A DNA stretch of 64,000 nucleotides, taken from Octopus sinensis. Taxonomy: Eukaryota. The position numbers were made by a program, and so were the translations under genes. The notes under the pieces were generated by a model. It searched no databases, had not been told where the DNA came from, and saw only the letters and a program-made list of their open reading frames with translations. The stretch lies in assembly GCF_006345805.1 (NCBI RefSeq), contig NC_042998.1, forward strand, positions 96,224,001-96,288,000. The letters run 5' to 3'. Position 1 is the stretch's first letter, and each line of letters opens with the position of its first letter. This document shows, piece after piece, positions 11,794 through 25,140 of this stretch.

Positions 11794-12857
11794 GATTATT
11801 ATGCCATGCTTAAGAGTAATTTAACATATTGGGAATATACATGCATAAAGTGTCCATCACAATTTTAATATTTTCGCCATACATACATAATTTCCCCACA
11901 AACAATCTCAAAATATCAACATCTTCGTTCGAATCATTGATCATCCCTCACCCGGTTTAACAATGTTAATTGGTCCTTAGCTGTCTTTGGCAGAGTCCAC
12001 TTTGGTGCAAACATTCAGGGCAAGTCTTTGATGGAAGGCTTGCAGAAGGAAGGGAGGATGTTTTTTCTCAAGGATAACTTCTTCCTTCCTTCCACTGGTC
12101 CGAGTCCCTTTAAAATGTCATGGGCACTCCTCTGAATAAGTCATTAAAAACGTGTTGGAAAACAAACTTCTCAGGAGGCGTTTGAATAACCTTTGATTAA
12201 CCTTTTCCGTTTACATAACATAAATAATTACTGTAATTGATGTTATAAAATACCCACGGACATATCAGACGATCCCAATTTTAGCAGCGCATATTCATGA
12301 AGAAATTTCTTTAGCGCATTAAACATGTAACAATAGACACAAGTTCACAAATATGAACCGAGTTGATTGTTTAAAGATGTTTTTTTTTTTAGGTTGGGAG
12401 GGGGGAATAAGTGGTGATTTTTATGACATCAAATACACAGTGAAAATACTATCCGAAAGTGGGTTCTGTCACGCAGCTTTCTCGAGTACCCATGGACCAG
12501 GTGGCGATGTCAAACAGTGAAATGGATTAAGTCTAGTACCCCGAAGTTGGTTTATTGCACACGATTTTCCATTTCATTTTTTTTAGTTCAATGAATGTGG
12601 TTCCTGGAATTTTCAGAAAAAGAAAAATCCCTGCAGCAGAATATAGCTCTTGACCTGAAAGCCATTGATTTAATATCATGTTTATTCAATTCACTTGTAC
12701 GGGACAAAATATTTACGTGGTAAATTATGGAACCGTTTAGTGAAAGAAATGGTTATGTATGCACCAAACGTTAACTTTATGTATTGGCTGCAGATATCTT
12801 CTGTAGCATACGGGAGCAATGTGAAATGGCGTGTTTTGCTCAAGAACAAAAAAAAAA

Positions 12858-12932
12858 CACCGCCCAGTCCAGGATTAAAATCCACGACCGGAGGCGGTGA
12901 GTGCATCACCTTAACCACTTAACTACGTGCCT
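12858..12932 (-). mobile_element. SINE family C tRNA-like head fragment
   Basis: Reverse complement aggcacgtagttaagtggttaaggtg..gtggattttaatcctggactgggcgg. Confidence 0.55.
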
Positions 12933-12994
12933 TCTCATGCATACGAAAAGTGAAGATATATATATAATGATATTATATATATAGATTTCTTCCA

Positions 12995-13580
12995 TCGGCA
13001 TAACTTGGAATTTTAAGAAAGGGTGTATTCGATAATATACTTCAATACTTACCAATTTTATTGATCCTCCGGAAGGATTACAGGGAAAATAAAGGCAAAA
13101 CTAATAGTATATGGATTTGAACTCAGAATGTAAAAGATCGTAGTAGTTTAAATGAAGCTCTCGTGATTCTGCCAATATAATATATTCTTTCTACTATAGG
13201 CACAAGGCCTGGATTATGTGGGCAGGGGCCAGGCGATCACATCGACCCCAATACTCAACTGGTACTTGATTTATCAACCTCGAAAGGATAAAAGGCAAAG
13301 TCAACCTCGGCGGAATTTGAACTTAGCACGTAAAAACAGACGAAATACCGCTAAGCATTCTGCCAGTTCACCGCCTTGCCAATGTAATATATTCTTTTCT
13401 ACTCCAGGCACAAGGCCCGAATTTTGGGAGGCGGAAGTGGGGGGGGGTCAGTCGATTAGATCGACTCCAGTACGCAACTGGTACTTAATTTATCGTCCCC
13501 GAAAAGGATGAAAGGCAATTTAACTCAGAACGTAAAGACAAAATACCGCTAAGCATTTCGCCCGGCCCAGTTCGCCACCT
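12995..13580 (-). mobile_element. Tandem SINE family B copies (one old, two younger)
   Basis: Reverse-strand family B motifs at about 12995-13170, 13187-13376 and 13394-13579. Confidence 0.85.
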
Positions 13581-13949
13581 TGCCAATATAATATATTGCA
13601 AGAGAAATGCAAAGTAACCTGAAGAATGGAAGGGAAAATATCGAAGTATCGCTGAAAATGAAAGTATTTAGTAGGCTTATAGCGGTGATGTTGTTGGCAG
13701 TCATGAGATTGGTTGGAGAGCGGCATTAGCAGAACATTGTTGTAGGCGACTATATTATTTTAGAGCATAGTTGTAATATTAAATGTGTCTTTTAGAATGG
13801 TTCAGGCGGGGTGAACACCGTTAGACCTAAAGAAAGCTGTAAAGTTTGTAACTTTTCGGACCCTTATAATAACATAGAATGCAGGAGATGCAGGAGTATT
13901 ATGGAAAACTGTAGCATTGCACTGAAGAAGATATTAATATTTGAGATTA

Positions 13950-14135
13950 GAAGACGGCGAGTTGCCAGAATCGTAAACACGCTGAGCAAAATACTTAGCG
14001 GCATTTCGTCCGTCGACTTTGCCTCTTAGCTTTTCAGAATCGATAAAGTAAGTTCCTATTGAACACTGGGGACGATGTAATCGAATTATCTCTTACTTCG
14101 AACTTGCTGGTCTTGCGCCAGAATTTGAAGCCAAT
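13950..14135 (+). mobile_element. SINE family B, internally deleted
   Basis: gacggcgagttgccagaatcg..gactttgcc..cgataaagtaag. Confidence 0.8.
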
Positions 14136-15406
14136 ATTTTGGGGTTAATCGTTCTCTGGGAAATAAGGTATGAATGTTTTATTGTCATTGTTTTGTAATT
14201 TTTTAGAAAGACGGTGTTGTCAGTGGTGAGGACATTAGGGTGGCTATATATTTATAGATTAGATTATTCTTTAATATCCATCTAAATTGTGCTAGTGTAA
14301 CAACAATTTGAGAGAAAAGGGAATAAAAAAGAGGAAAATAAGAAGCGACATTATTTTTTTATACTTTCCTCCCGTATACATAAAACGAATAAACCAATAA
14401 TTAAAACAGCTATTATAGTGAAATACTACATTGAGAGCTTTTCATTTTTACAATGATAGCCGTGGTTTGGTGTATTCACAGATGTAGATCTAGAAGCTAT
14501 GCGAGAAGGCCACGAGTTATGTAGCATGCCACCTCTTTGGAACATACACACACACACACGAAGTCTGACTGACGCTAAAAAGACAAGATAATTGATAGGA
14601 AAGTTCGATAACGTGATTAAATATTATTCATATTTTCCTACAACTGCAATACCAGTGACATGCTTAAGCTAAGTGCATTGCTTAACAGTGTGGGTATTTT
14701 TGTTTACTAGCTTGAACAATTTATGAAAAGTGCTACATTTCTATAAACACTAGATAACGCTTTAAAAAAACAAAAAAGGCAGTAACAAATGAAGAGCTTT
14801 TACCATCGAAGCAGGAAAGATAAAAATCTAGTATCAACGCTTCTTTTCAAGGTTCATTCCTATTAAAACGTTTAGATATATAAAAGAATACTTTAATCTA
14901 TTATTCTTTAAGCATTAATGTGTATCGATCATCTAAAGGGAAGAGCATATTTTCTGAAGTAATTACATTACGAATCACCAAGATATCATTAGCAATTCTT
15001 AACTTCTTGAATCAATGTAAGCAATTTCTGTTACAATTTCTGTGTCGTGCAAGAAAAGAGAAAAATACTCATTGTAAACTATCTTAATTATATACGTTGC
15101 TGCTCTTGCACGTGACCCTTCCATCGCAAGTGACCTATTTCATCGTTTGCTATTCTAGGTCGATTTATTTATCTGACAGCCAACGCATCTTCTAAAGCAT
15201 TGTAAGTAAGAGTAAATATGTCAGCAGAACGATCGATCCAAGGACATGCATGAATGGATATATATTTCTGGAAAAAAAAATATATTAATGACATAATTTT
15301 AATACTGCACATACGTACAAGCGTGAGAGGAAATACACACATATGTGTATATACATACACACAAACGCATACATATATGTGTGTGTGTGTGTGTAATGAC
15401 AGGGTG

Positions 15407-15439
<33 letters not shown>

Positions 15440-15871
15440 TGGAGAGAGAAAGAGATTCATAGTGAAACAATAATATGCCATACAGAGGAGCAGGCACACA
15501 TACAGATATGAATAAAACAATAGGTAGACATGCATCGACGCTCCTAGATAGAAGGAAGTTGTGCGTGCATCAAACACGTAAATGCAGTCACGAGTGTTGT
15601 TGTTGCTATTATTATTATCATTGGTGGTTGTGGTGGAGGGGGTTTTAGGTAGTGAGGTTGGGTGCAAAATAGACATCAAAAGAAACCGTGGATAAGTTAA
15701 AGAGCCATAACAGAGATATAAATTCGATTCATTCTATATATATATGCCAAAATCTTGCGATCAGTTCGATAATGGTGCCACCATGTGATAGGTTTAAATA
15801 TAAATATAAGTATCAGTATGAATTCGTTTATGAGTTGGAATTTGCATTGCACATTATTGCAACAAAGAGAA

Positions 15872-16915
15872 AGGCAATGGAATGGCAAAATCGTTAGAGC
15901 ATCCTAAAAAAATGTTTTTGCGGTTCTTCTTCAGGCTTTTCAAATCCAAATGAAGCTAACTTCACTTTATATTCTTTCAGGCTCGATAAAATAAATCATC
16001 AGTCAAGTACTGAGTTGATAATATTAGCTAAGTTCCTCTCTTCATTGTGTTGTACTTGTATTAGAAACCATTAATTAGAAACAAAGCGGCAAGCTGGCAG
16101 AAGAGTTAGCACGCCGAACAAAATGCTTAACGGCATTTCGACCGTCTTTATGTTCTGAGCTCAAATTCCGCCGAGATCGACTTTGCTCTTCATCTTTTCG
16201 AGTTCGATAAAATAAGTACCTGTTGAGTTCGGAGGTCGATGTAATTGACTTTCCCGTCCTGCAAAAAAAATTTGTTGGCCTTGAGCCACAAACAGAAGGT
16301 ACTGAAAACATACATTGTGGAATTTCTCCGGGGTTTTTACGTTCTGGAATCAAATCTGGCCGATATCAACTTCGCCTTTCATTTTTTTCCGGCGTCGATA
16401 AAGCAAACTTCCAACCAAATTCTGGAGCTGTTCCTCATATTTCCTCATATTTCAGACCTCGTGCCCTATTAACAACAATTATTACAACAGAACTGTTTGC
16501 GTCCGACAAGATATCTTACGATATTTGTCCTGGATCTTTACATTTTGAGTTCAAATCACGCCGGAGTTAACCTTATCTTTCATCATTTCGGTGTCGTGTA
16601 AAATACAGGCTAAGTCAAGAACTGGTGTCGATCTAATCGACTACCAAGCTCCCAGCCACTTGCATCACATTCATGGCTTTGTGCCTCTACTAAACTGAGC
16701 TATGACAGCATCATACTTTGCAAATTAAAGGACTTCACAAGGGCTGTTAGCTCTTCATATATTTGCTAATAAAGCACTGAGTAAGAAGGCAGTGAGCTAG
16801 CAGGGTCGTTAACACGCCTTTGGGAGCCGATAAAATAGGTGCCCGTTGAACACTGTGGTCGATTACATCAACTTCTCTGAAAATCGCTGGACTTCTGCCA
16901 ATTTTGAAACGAAAC
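15872..16915 (+). mobile_element. Cluster of about 5 variably decayed SINE family B copies
   Basis: Best copy 16085-16290; repeated ttcaaat/ctttcatc/gtcgataaa motifs. Confidence 0.8.
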
Positions 16916-17473
16916 CAATAATACACTGAATAAAAATTATTTAGTATTTAATTAACTACGTGACCGAATATCGCACTACATGCAAATTAGAAAACCTGTA
17001 AATTTTATGTTCGGAAAAGTTATTGTTACACATAGCGATTCAAGTCACTAACATCTCTGAATAAGTGAAGAATAAGGCAATATCTTCGCACATTAAGGAT
17101 CAAGCATCCTGAAAGGGAATTATAAGAGGATTCCAAGTAATGTTTGTATTAAAAAAAAATGTTAGATGTTTTCACATCGTCTATAATCGTTAAAGCGAAC
17201 ACTTTCCAATAAATATATGTAGATTTTCTACATTAAATATGTTAATAACTTCAAAGTTCTCAAAATATTTTCTTATGAATTTCTACCCAGCTGTTCATAC
17301 AACTCTGGTTTTACCCATCATATTTAATATAGAGAAATACATATTTTTCTATATTTTACATTTGCACGCTTAGAGTTTATATATATATATTCCATATCCC
17401 TCGACGATTAGTCTTTATTACAACTTCTTTTGACTACTACTACTACAACTACTACTACTACTACTACTACTAA

Positions 17474-18465
17474 GGCGGCGAGCTGGCAGAAACGTTAGCA
17501 CGCCTGGCGAAATGCGTAGCCGTATTTCGTCTGTCGTTACGTTCTGAGTTCAAATTCCGCCGAGGTCGACTTTGCCTTTCATCCTTTCGGGGTCGATTAA
17601 ATAAGTACCAGTTACGCACTGGGGTTGATATAATCGACTTAATCCGTTTGTCTGTCCTTGTTTGACACCCCTGTGTGTAGCCCCTTGTGGGTAGTAAAGA
17701 AATAGGTATTTCGTTTGTCTTTATGGCTGGGGTTCAAATTCCGCTGAGGTCGACATTGCCTTTCATCGTTTCGGGGTCGATAAATTAAGTGCCAGTTGAG
17801 TACTGTGGTCGATGTAATCGATTTAACCCCTCCCCATCAAATTTTAGACCTTGTGCCTATCGTCGAAAGGATTATTATTATTATAATTAAGAAGGCGGCG
17901 AGCTGGCAGAATCGTTAGCACGCCGGGCGAAACCGTTGGCGGTATTTCACCCGTCGTTTCGCTTAGAGTTCAAATTCCGCTGAGGTCGACTTTGCCTTTC
18001 CTCTTTTCAGGGTCGATAAAATGAGTACCCGTCAGGCACTGAGGTAGATGTAATTGACTCGTAACCCTCCCCCAAAATTTCAGGTCTTGTGCCTATAGTA
18101 GAACAGATTATTATAATAAGGCGGCGAGCTGGCACAATCGTTACTATGCGAGGCAAAATGTTTTGCGGCCCTTTTTCCAGCTCTTTACGTTCCGTGTTCA
18201 AACCTCTATATAATCAACTCATAAAACTGCTGACCTTGTGCCAAAATGAGAAAGAATTCATCATCCTCTTCCTGCTTATTTTTCCTTTATTCCTCTTCTT
18301 CTCTACTCACACTGTCTTCTCCCTCCCTCCCCTCTCTCTCTCTCCCCCTACAGTTTTTTAAATCCAAATTTACTTTCCGAGTTCAAATTCCACCCTAGTC
18401 AACTTTGCCTTTCATCCTTTCGGGGGTCGATGAAATAAATACCAGTTGAGTACTGGAGTCGATGT
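17474..18465 (+). mobile_element. Cluster of about 5 SINE family B copies after (CTA)n
   Basis: Near-consensus copies at 17474-17705 and 17893-18110, with partial copies between and after. Confidence 0.9.
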
Positions 18466-18556
18466 TTCACACATTTACAACAGCTTCCTGCAGTTTTGGA
18501 GGACTGGAATATGCAAATGTGCTACATGGGAACACAGCTTGGATTATATATATATA

Positions 18557-18598
<42 letters not shown>

Positions 18599-18614
18599 TA
18601 TATTATATATATAT

Positions 18615-18645
<31 letters not shown>

Positions 18646-18650
18646 TATAT

Positions 18651-18730
<80 letters not shown>

Positions 18731-18731
<1 letters not shown>

Positions 18732-18972
18732 TGGTAATGGTAAGACAACAAAATAATGAATGAGACCTCGATATTATGTAAATAGAAGAATTTAACTGTA
18801 ATATAATATGTGACAATTATTCGGTTGCCATAATAAGACTCCGAGCTTCGGCGGAAACCTCCGGCATCTCGTCATTTTTCGATTGCCTCTATAACTGACG
18901 AGATGCCGGACGTTTCCACCCCGACATCCGAAACTCGGAGTCTTATTAAGGCAACCGAATAATTGTCACATA

Positions 18973-18980
<8 letters not shown>
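18731..18980. mobile_element. Head-to-head inverted duplication of hammerhead-bearing element H2 in (TA)n
   Basis: About 18800-18874 is the reverse complement of about 18896-18978; both sides flanked by TA tracts. Confidence 0.9.
18883..18954 (+). ncRNA. Type-I hammerhead ribozyme motif with canonical core
   Basis: Stem I TTGCCT-ct-ATAA / TTAT-ta-AGGCAA; CTGACGA 18895-18901; stem II GATGCCGG/CCGACATC; GAAA 18930-18933; near-palindromic stem III ACTC-G-GAGT; GUC triplet 18940-18942. Confidence 0.8.
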
Positions 18981-19024
<44 letters not shown>

Positions 19025-19310
19025 ATAATATATATATATATATACTATGTACGTATATATAGACACACGCATTTATATATATTATATATATATATAATTA
19101 GATATATATATATATTTAGATATATATTTATGGAATATATAAGGAGTTTTCGTCCACTGACATAAAGTAATAGGTATATACTATGAATGCTCAGTTAGGT
19201 ATACCACTAAAATTTTGTCTTGAACTGCAACTGAAAGTATGGTATCGAGACCGCCCATCAGAGGTGGCTAGAATTAGATTTTCATTGAGCAGGTGGATAT
19301 AGATTAAACT

Positions 19311-19453
19311 AAAAATGAAAAACCAAAAATGAAAAAGCATCAAACGTTTGAAAAGGATAATTGATTTATATAGAGAGTATAAATATGTTCTCTATCTAAA
19401 TTAAATATCCTTTTAAAGTGACGTCAAACGTTTTGCGTTTTCATTTTCACTTT
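19311..19453. repeat. Imperfect AT-rich fold-back at the end of a TA-embedded insert (19130-19453)
   Basis: aaacgtttga/tcaaacgttt, aaaaggata/tatcctttt and atagaga/tctctat are symmetric about position 19382. Confidence 0.7.
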
Positions 19454-19485
<32 letters not shown>

Positions 19486-19849
19486 GTGAGAGAGAGAGAG
19501 AGAGAAAGACAAAGAGAGAGAGAGAGAGACGCACACACACACACACACACACACACACGAATGTATATATATATGTACATACAAACACATACACACATAC
19601 ACACACATACACTGTTTTCATTCTACAATATCTGTCGAAAAAAGTCTTTTTCCGAAAAGTCGTAACAGTACTTTCCATAAGATTAATAATTTTGATCTTG
19701 AACTTATCTTTATATGTATGTGTGTGTGTGTGTGTGTGTGTATTCATACATATGTATGTATGTATGCATGCATGTATGTACGTACGTATGTATGTATGTA
19801 TGTATGTATGTATGTATGTATGTATGTATGTATGTATGTATGTATGTAT

Positions 19850-19884
<35 letters not shown>

Positions 19885-20244
19885 AGCACACACACACACA
19901 CACACATACACACACACACATATACATATATGGGGACCCATGAAAAACTAACCTTCACCAACTACGCTGCCTATATATCTGTGAACACCTGTCAATGCCG
20001 GGTCCTCAAAAGACATTCTAAGCTCCACAAAGATCAGGATATGCAATCTATATGGGCGTCCTTTCAGAACATTGTCTGGTTTAAAAAGCCAAATTGGACG
20101 TCATGACAGATCTAAGATGTAAGGTTAGGCTCTGAAGTAAACAACCATAGATATATAGATATATACGTATATCAATATGTATGTATGCATGTATGTATGT
20201 ATGTATGTATGTATATGTATATATATATATATTATATATATATA

Positions 20245-20291
<47 letters not shown>

Positions 20292-20432
20292 AATGAGTGT
20301 ATTGCGCGTAATTAAATATATACATACACACATATATGCATGTGTATTTGTATGTATACATTTTAAAGGTGAGTTGAATGAATATGTGTGCCTGTGTGAA
20401 ACGGACATACAAATATACAGGCGGATATGTAT

Positions 20433-20477
<45 letters not shown>

Positions 20478-20666
20478 AAAAATATATAAACAAACGACAT
20501 AACGTAATACTGAATGTAAAAACAAACGTAAGACAAAACAGAAAGTCCATAATCTTTGATCAGCGATCGACCACTGGTACTTTTCATTTTACACACAGAG
20601 AGGGCGATAGACAGACAGACAGACAGACCCATCAATGATCGGTGTTGACTCAAAATTATGAAGATA

Positions 20667-20699
<33 letters not shown>

Positions 20700-21151
20700 G
20701 TTTATGTACAGTTAAGCTTGCGTGCCTATGTGTGCGTGTGTCTGTGCGTGTGTCTGTGCGTGCGTCCTGTACTGTAGTAGTACTGTACTATTCCACACCT
20801 ACATTCTATTACGCAACTACTTTATTACGCTATTGCGCTACAACTATTATACTCTATAGATTAGAATAGCGTTACCGTTTTTTATTTATTTTTTTTTAAA
20901 TCGAATCGAGAATTAGAAATATTCATTTCGGTGTATAAGTGTGGTGTGTGGTTGGACGAGGGTTTCAAATTAAACTTCACCTGTCTTTGGATATGATTAT
21001 GTAAGATTTAAAGAAGGGACATTGGTCCCATTCCGATTCAAACAATATGTCGTCATGATGGACTTCACTAACCCCGGAGAAACAAACACTCAACTATTAT
21101 TATATTACTGTACGACAGTTTTTGTGTTCTTTGTTGTATTTCTAAGATCCC

Positions 21152-21391
21152 ACTACTACTACTACTACTACTACTACAACTACTACAACTACTACTACTA
21201 CTACAACTACTACTACAACTACTACTACAACTACTACTACTACTACAACTACTACTACAACTACTACTACTACTACTACAACTACTACAACTACTACTAC
21301 TACAACTACTACTACTACTATTGCTGCTGCTACTACTGCTGCTACTACTACTATACTACTACTACTACTATTGCTGCTGCTACTACTGCTG

Positions 21392-21422
<31 letters not shown>

Positions 21423-21425
21423 CAT

Positions 21426-21457
<32 letters not shown>
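21152..21457. repeat. (ACT)n/(GCT)n trinucleotide tract
   Basis: Direct reading. Confidence 0.95.
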
Positions 21458-21664
21458 AGGAAACCTCTATGCGGATGCTCTACTTACTATGAAGAGCAGC
21501 CGAATGATTCTCACTTCACACCTGTCATCGTAAGAAAAAACAGAAGAGGACCGATTGGTCACATTAGATAATGCAGTCCTAGATACACAATGTCTCACAT
21601 AAAAGATAGGATGGCCATGTTTAGCATAGGGGTGCTCCAGAAAAGGTTGAATTCGGTCGAATGC

Positions 21665-21776
21665 AACTACTACTACTACAACTAGTGTTGCTGTTGTTGC
21701 TACTACTACCAGTGTTGCTGCTGCTGCTACTACTACTATTGCTACAACTACTACTACTACTACTACTACCAGTGTG

Positions 21777-21810
<34 letters not shown>

Positions 21811-22152
21811 AACTAGTGTTGCTGTTGTTGCTACTACTACTACTAACACTACTACTACCAGTGTTGCTGCTACTACTTCTACTACTACTACTACTACTAC
21901 TACAACTAGTGTTGCTGTTGTTGCTACTACTACTACTAACACTACTACTACCAGTGTTGCTGCTACTACTTCTACTACTACTACTACTACTACAACTAGT
22001 GTTGCTGTTGTTGCTACTACTACTACTAACACTACTACCAGTGTTGCTGCTGCTGCTACTCCTACTACTACTATTACTACAACTACTACTGCTACCAGTG
22101 TTGCTGCTGTTGCTACTACGAGTAGTAGTGTTGCAGTTGCTGCTACTACTAG

Positions 22153-22190
<38 letters not shown>

Positions 22191-22250
22191 TTAGTAGTAG
22201 TAGTAGTACTGATACTACTTCTAGTATTACTATTACAACTACTACTTCTA
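21665..22250. repeat. Higher-order minisatellite of about 90 bp built on (CTA)n
   Basis: Unit ACAACTAGTGTTGCTGTTGTTGCTACTAC..CCAGTGTTGCTGCT occurs about 4 times plus decayed copies. Confidence 0.9.
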
Positions 22251-22978
22251 CAACTCTTTCTAAAGCAGAGCAGACATGCGTCGATAGAACTGCACTTTGT
22301 TTTTAACCTAGTGTACTACACGCTAAAATAATTGCACATGTTACTAAACCATTGTGTTTAGTTAGAGCTTCGTGGTTTAGTCCAGCATTATAGAACTCTA
22401 CTCACAATCTTTGACTTACTTCTAGACTTACTATACTGGTTGTATAACACATTGCTATACAGTGCAGTAAATACTGGTGGAATAACTTACTGGAATCTGC
22501 TGGGTGAGGGGGGGGGTCTACTGAGTTTTTTTGTTTTGTGGTTTGATGCTGTTTCGAGAATAATACACGCGTCGCTCCATGGACACGGGAAATAAGCGAT
22601 TTAAACGAAAACGAAAGTAGAGATGGACGGATGGAGAGAGGGAAAGACAAAGAGGTGTGAGAGAGAGAGAGAGTGAGAGAGAGAGAGAGAGAGAAAAGAA
22701 GGATGAGAGAGTCAGACCGTCCACAACCCGGGCCTATATATATATATATATATAGATATATACAAACATACATATATATATATGGATATATGGATGTATA
22801 TGGGTGTGTATATATGTTTATATGTATGTATATATGTGTGTGTGTGCGTATATATATATCATGTATGCATGTACATATATATATATATATATATACATGT
22901 ATATATATATATATATATTATGTATGTATGTATGTATGTATGTATGTATGTATGTGTATGTATGTATGTATGTATGTA

Positions 22979-23050
<72 letters not shown>

Positions 23051-23779
23051 AGGGGAAGAGACGTGAAATAAGAGATTCGCTTCATCAAAGAGAAACTGAA
23101 AATAATGAGGTTTGTATGATGAGCGTGGGAGGAGGTAGTGATGAAGAGGGGTGTGTGTGTGAGTATGTGTGTGTGTGCGTGTGTGTGTGCGTGTAACTGT
23201 GTATGTATGTGTGAACGATGATGATATTAAAAAATATTGTGGAAAAAACGTGTTGGATGAACAACGGAGAACGGAGCCAATTTTCCATGAAACACGGAAG
23301 CAACAGCAGAACAACCACAACAAGTGGAACAATAACAACAACAACAATACCAACAATAGAAACAGCGAAGATAATAATAACGACTAAATTAACCACAACA
23401 ATGTCGAATCCTTGATCCTGTTCATGTAAACATACAATCAGTTCAAGAGAATGCAAACCATTCCTTCCTTTCTCCAATCTGCCTCCCTCCTTCTCCCTAA
23501 CATTACATTCCCTCACACACACACACACACACACACACTCCAATCTCTCGTTCTCTTGACTCCTTTTCTCTTCACTCTATCTCCCATTTAAACCTGTTTC
23601 TCTTCCGACTTCTCCCTTTTCTTTTCTCTCTTTCCTTCTCACCAATGACATTTTGCCTCTCACCGACAAAATTATCCTAGGCAGACGTTTTTTTTCTTCC
23701 ATAAATGTACGTTATATTTCCTTAAGACCAACCAAACACTAAAAAAAGAAAAAAAAAAAAGAAACGTTTACTTCAGCAT

Positions 23780-23900
23780 GGCTCCTCGATCAGCCTGCTA
23801 GAAATGGCAACCAAATGTCTCCAAGTTACACAACCCTGCCGCCTTCAAACAAGGAAAGAATTTATTGGATAAGGTAGTCTTAGATACCCTTTAAAATACA
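23780..23900 (+). mobile_element. Dispersed repeat family D
   Basis: cctgctagaaatggcaaccaaat..ggataaggtagtcttagatac. Confidence 0.55.
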
Positions 23901-24074
23901 GAATATTACCGGCTTACTTCAATGAGAGAAGCTGGCCTGGAGCGAAATGACAACAGTATTACTAATACCAAATGTCTTAAATGCGAGCCAAAACAAGCTT
24001 CTCCGTAGTCACTCGATGTGTTAGAAATAGAATGTACGATGTGATGAAATGAAGATTTAGCTACTATAAGTAGA

Positions 24075-24385
24075 GTGTAGTTAAGAAGTCTGTTTCGAAA
24101 CCACGAGGACCCAAGTTCGATACCATTGTGTGGCATCTTGAACAGATGTCATTTTGTACAACCGCGGATCGACCCATGTACTGTGAGTGAAACTGGCTTG
24201 ACGAAAACCCTATAGAAGCCCGCCGGATAGATTGCATCCAATTCAAAGGGACATCTTTGTCACACTATGTCACGCTGACTCTGAGAATTGCGTTTAGGGT
24301 ACACATGTCTATGGAATGCTCAGTCAATTACATACTAATTCAGGAGTAGATAATTGAATTGAGTGAATCCTTCAATTCGAACGAC
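24075..24385 (+). mobile_element. Decayed SINE A head followed by decayed SINE C body
   Basis: Similarity to 5001-5160 and to 39090-39230. Confidence 0.6.
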
Positions 24386-24714
24386 AGATAGTCAATCAAC
24401 CAGCAGGCTAGCCAATCCAATCTATCCAATCTAATTCAATCCAGTCCAATCCCATTCCATCCAGCCATCTTTCCATCTACCCATCTTTCATTCATTCATT
24501 CACTCATTTATTCATTCATTCGTTCGTTCGTTCATTCAGCTATTATAGGATGTTGGTATGACCACGTAGTGACTCCTTCCTCGATTAATGGAGAACGCAG
24601 TACAATGAAAAGTCTTAACCACCACTATATCCCAAATATCTGTTGCCTATTTCTAAGAATTTTCATTATTTTATGTGTGACTTGTATGTGTGCATATGCA
24701 TATGTATATTGTCT

Positions 24715-24857
24715 GTTAAGAAGCTTACTTCCCAACCACATGGTTGAAGGTTCAGTTCCATTGTGTGGGACCTTGGGCAAGTGCCTTCTATTAAAGCTTC
24801 CAGTCAACCAAAGCCTTGTGGGTGGATTTGGTAGACGGAAACTGAAAGAAGCCCGTT

Positions 24858-24901
<44 letters not shown>

Positions 24902-25140
24902 ATGTGTGTATTCGTGTATGTGTGTATGCGTTTGTCGCCACCATCAACGCTTCACAACCGGTGTTGGTATGTTTACGCCCCCGTAACTTACCGGTTCGGC
25001 AAAAGAGGAGCCAATGGAATAAGTAGCAGGCTTAAGAAATAAGTCCCGGGATCGATTTGTTCGACTAAAACCCTTCAAGGTGGTGCCCCAGCCAGCATGA
25101 CCTCAGTTAAATGGGTGAAACAAGTAAAAGAATAAAAGAA
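24715..25140 (+). mobile_element. SINE family A, near full length
   Basis: Colinear with 5001-5453. Confidence 0.9.

Noticed and set aside
10989-11813. CRISPR-like repeat-spacer pattern
   Set aside because: The intervening units are homologous SINEs of about 200-300 bp in a eukaryotic context with no cas genes; better explained as reused TSDs.
13922-13950. CTGAAGA-AGATAT/ATATTT-GAGA
   Set aside because: GAGA in place of GAAA, and downstream sequence is a SINE junction.
19225-19270. Minus-strand CTGATGG..GATA hammerhead-like string
   Set aside because: Two core mismatches and no stem I partner.
19930-20145. Microsatellite-embedded 210-bp insert with faint GIY-YIG C-terminal flavour (LYICEHL..KAKLD)
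   Set aside because: Similarity too weak to assign by eye; needs blastx.
21022-22331. Poly-Tyr/Thr/Leu/Val ORFs
   Set aside because: Trinucleotide repeat artefacts.
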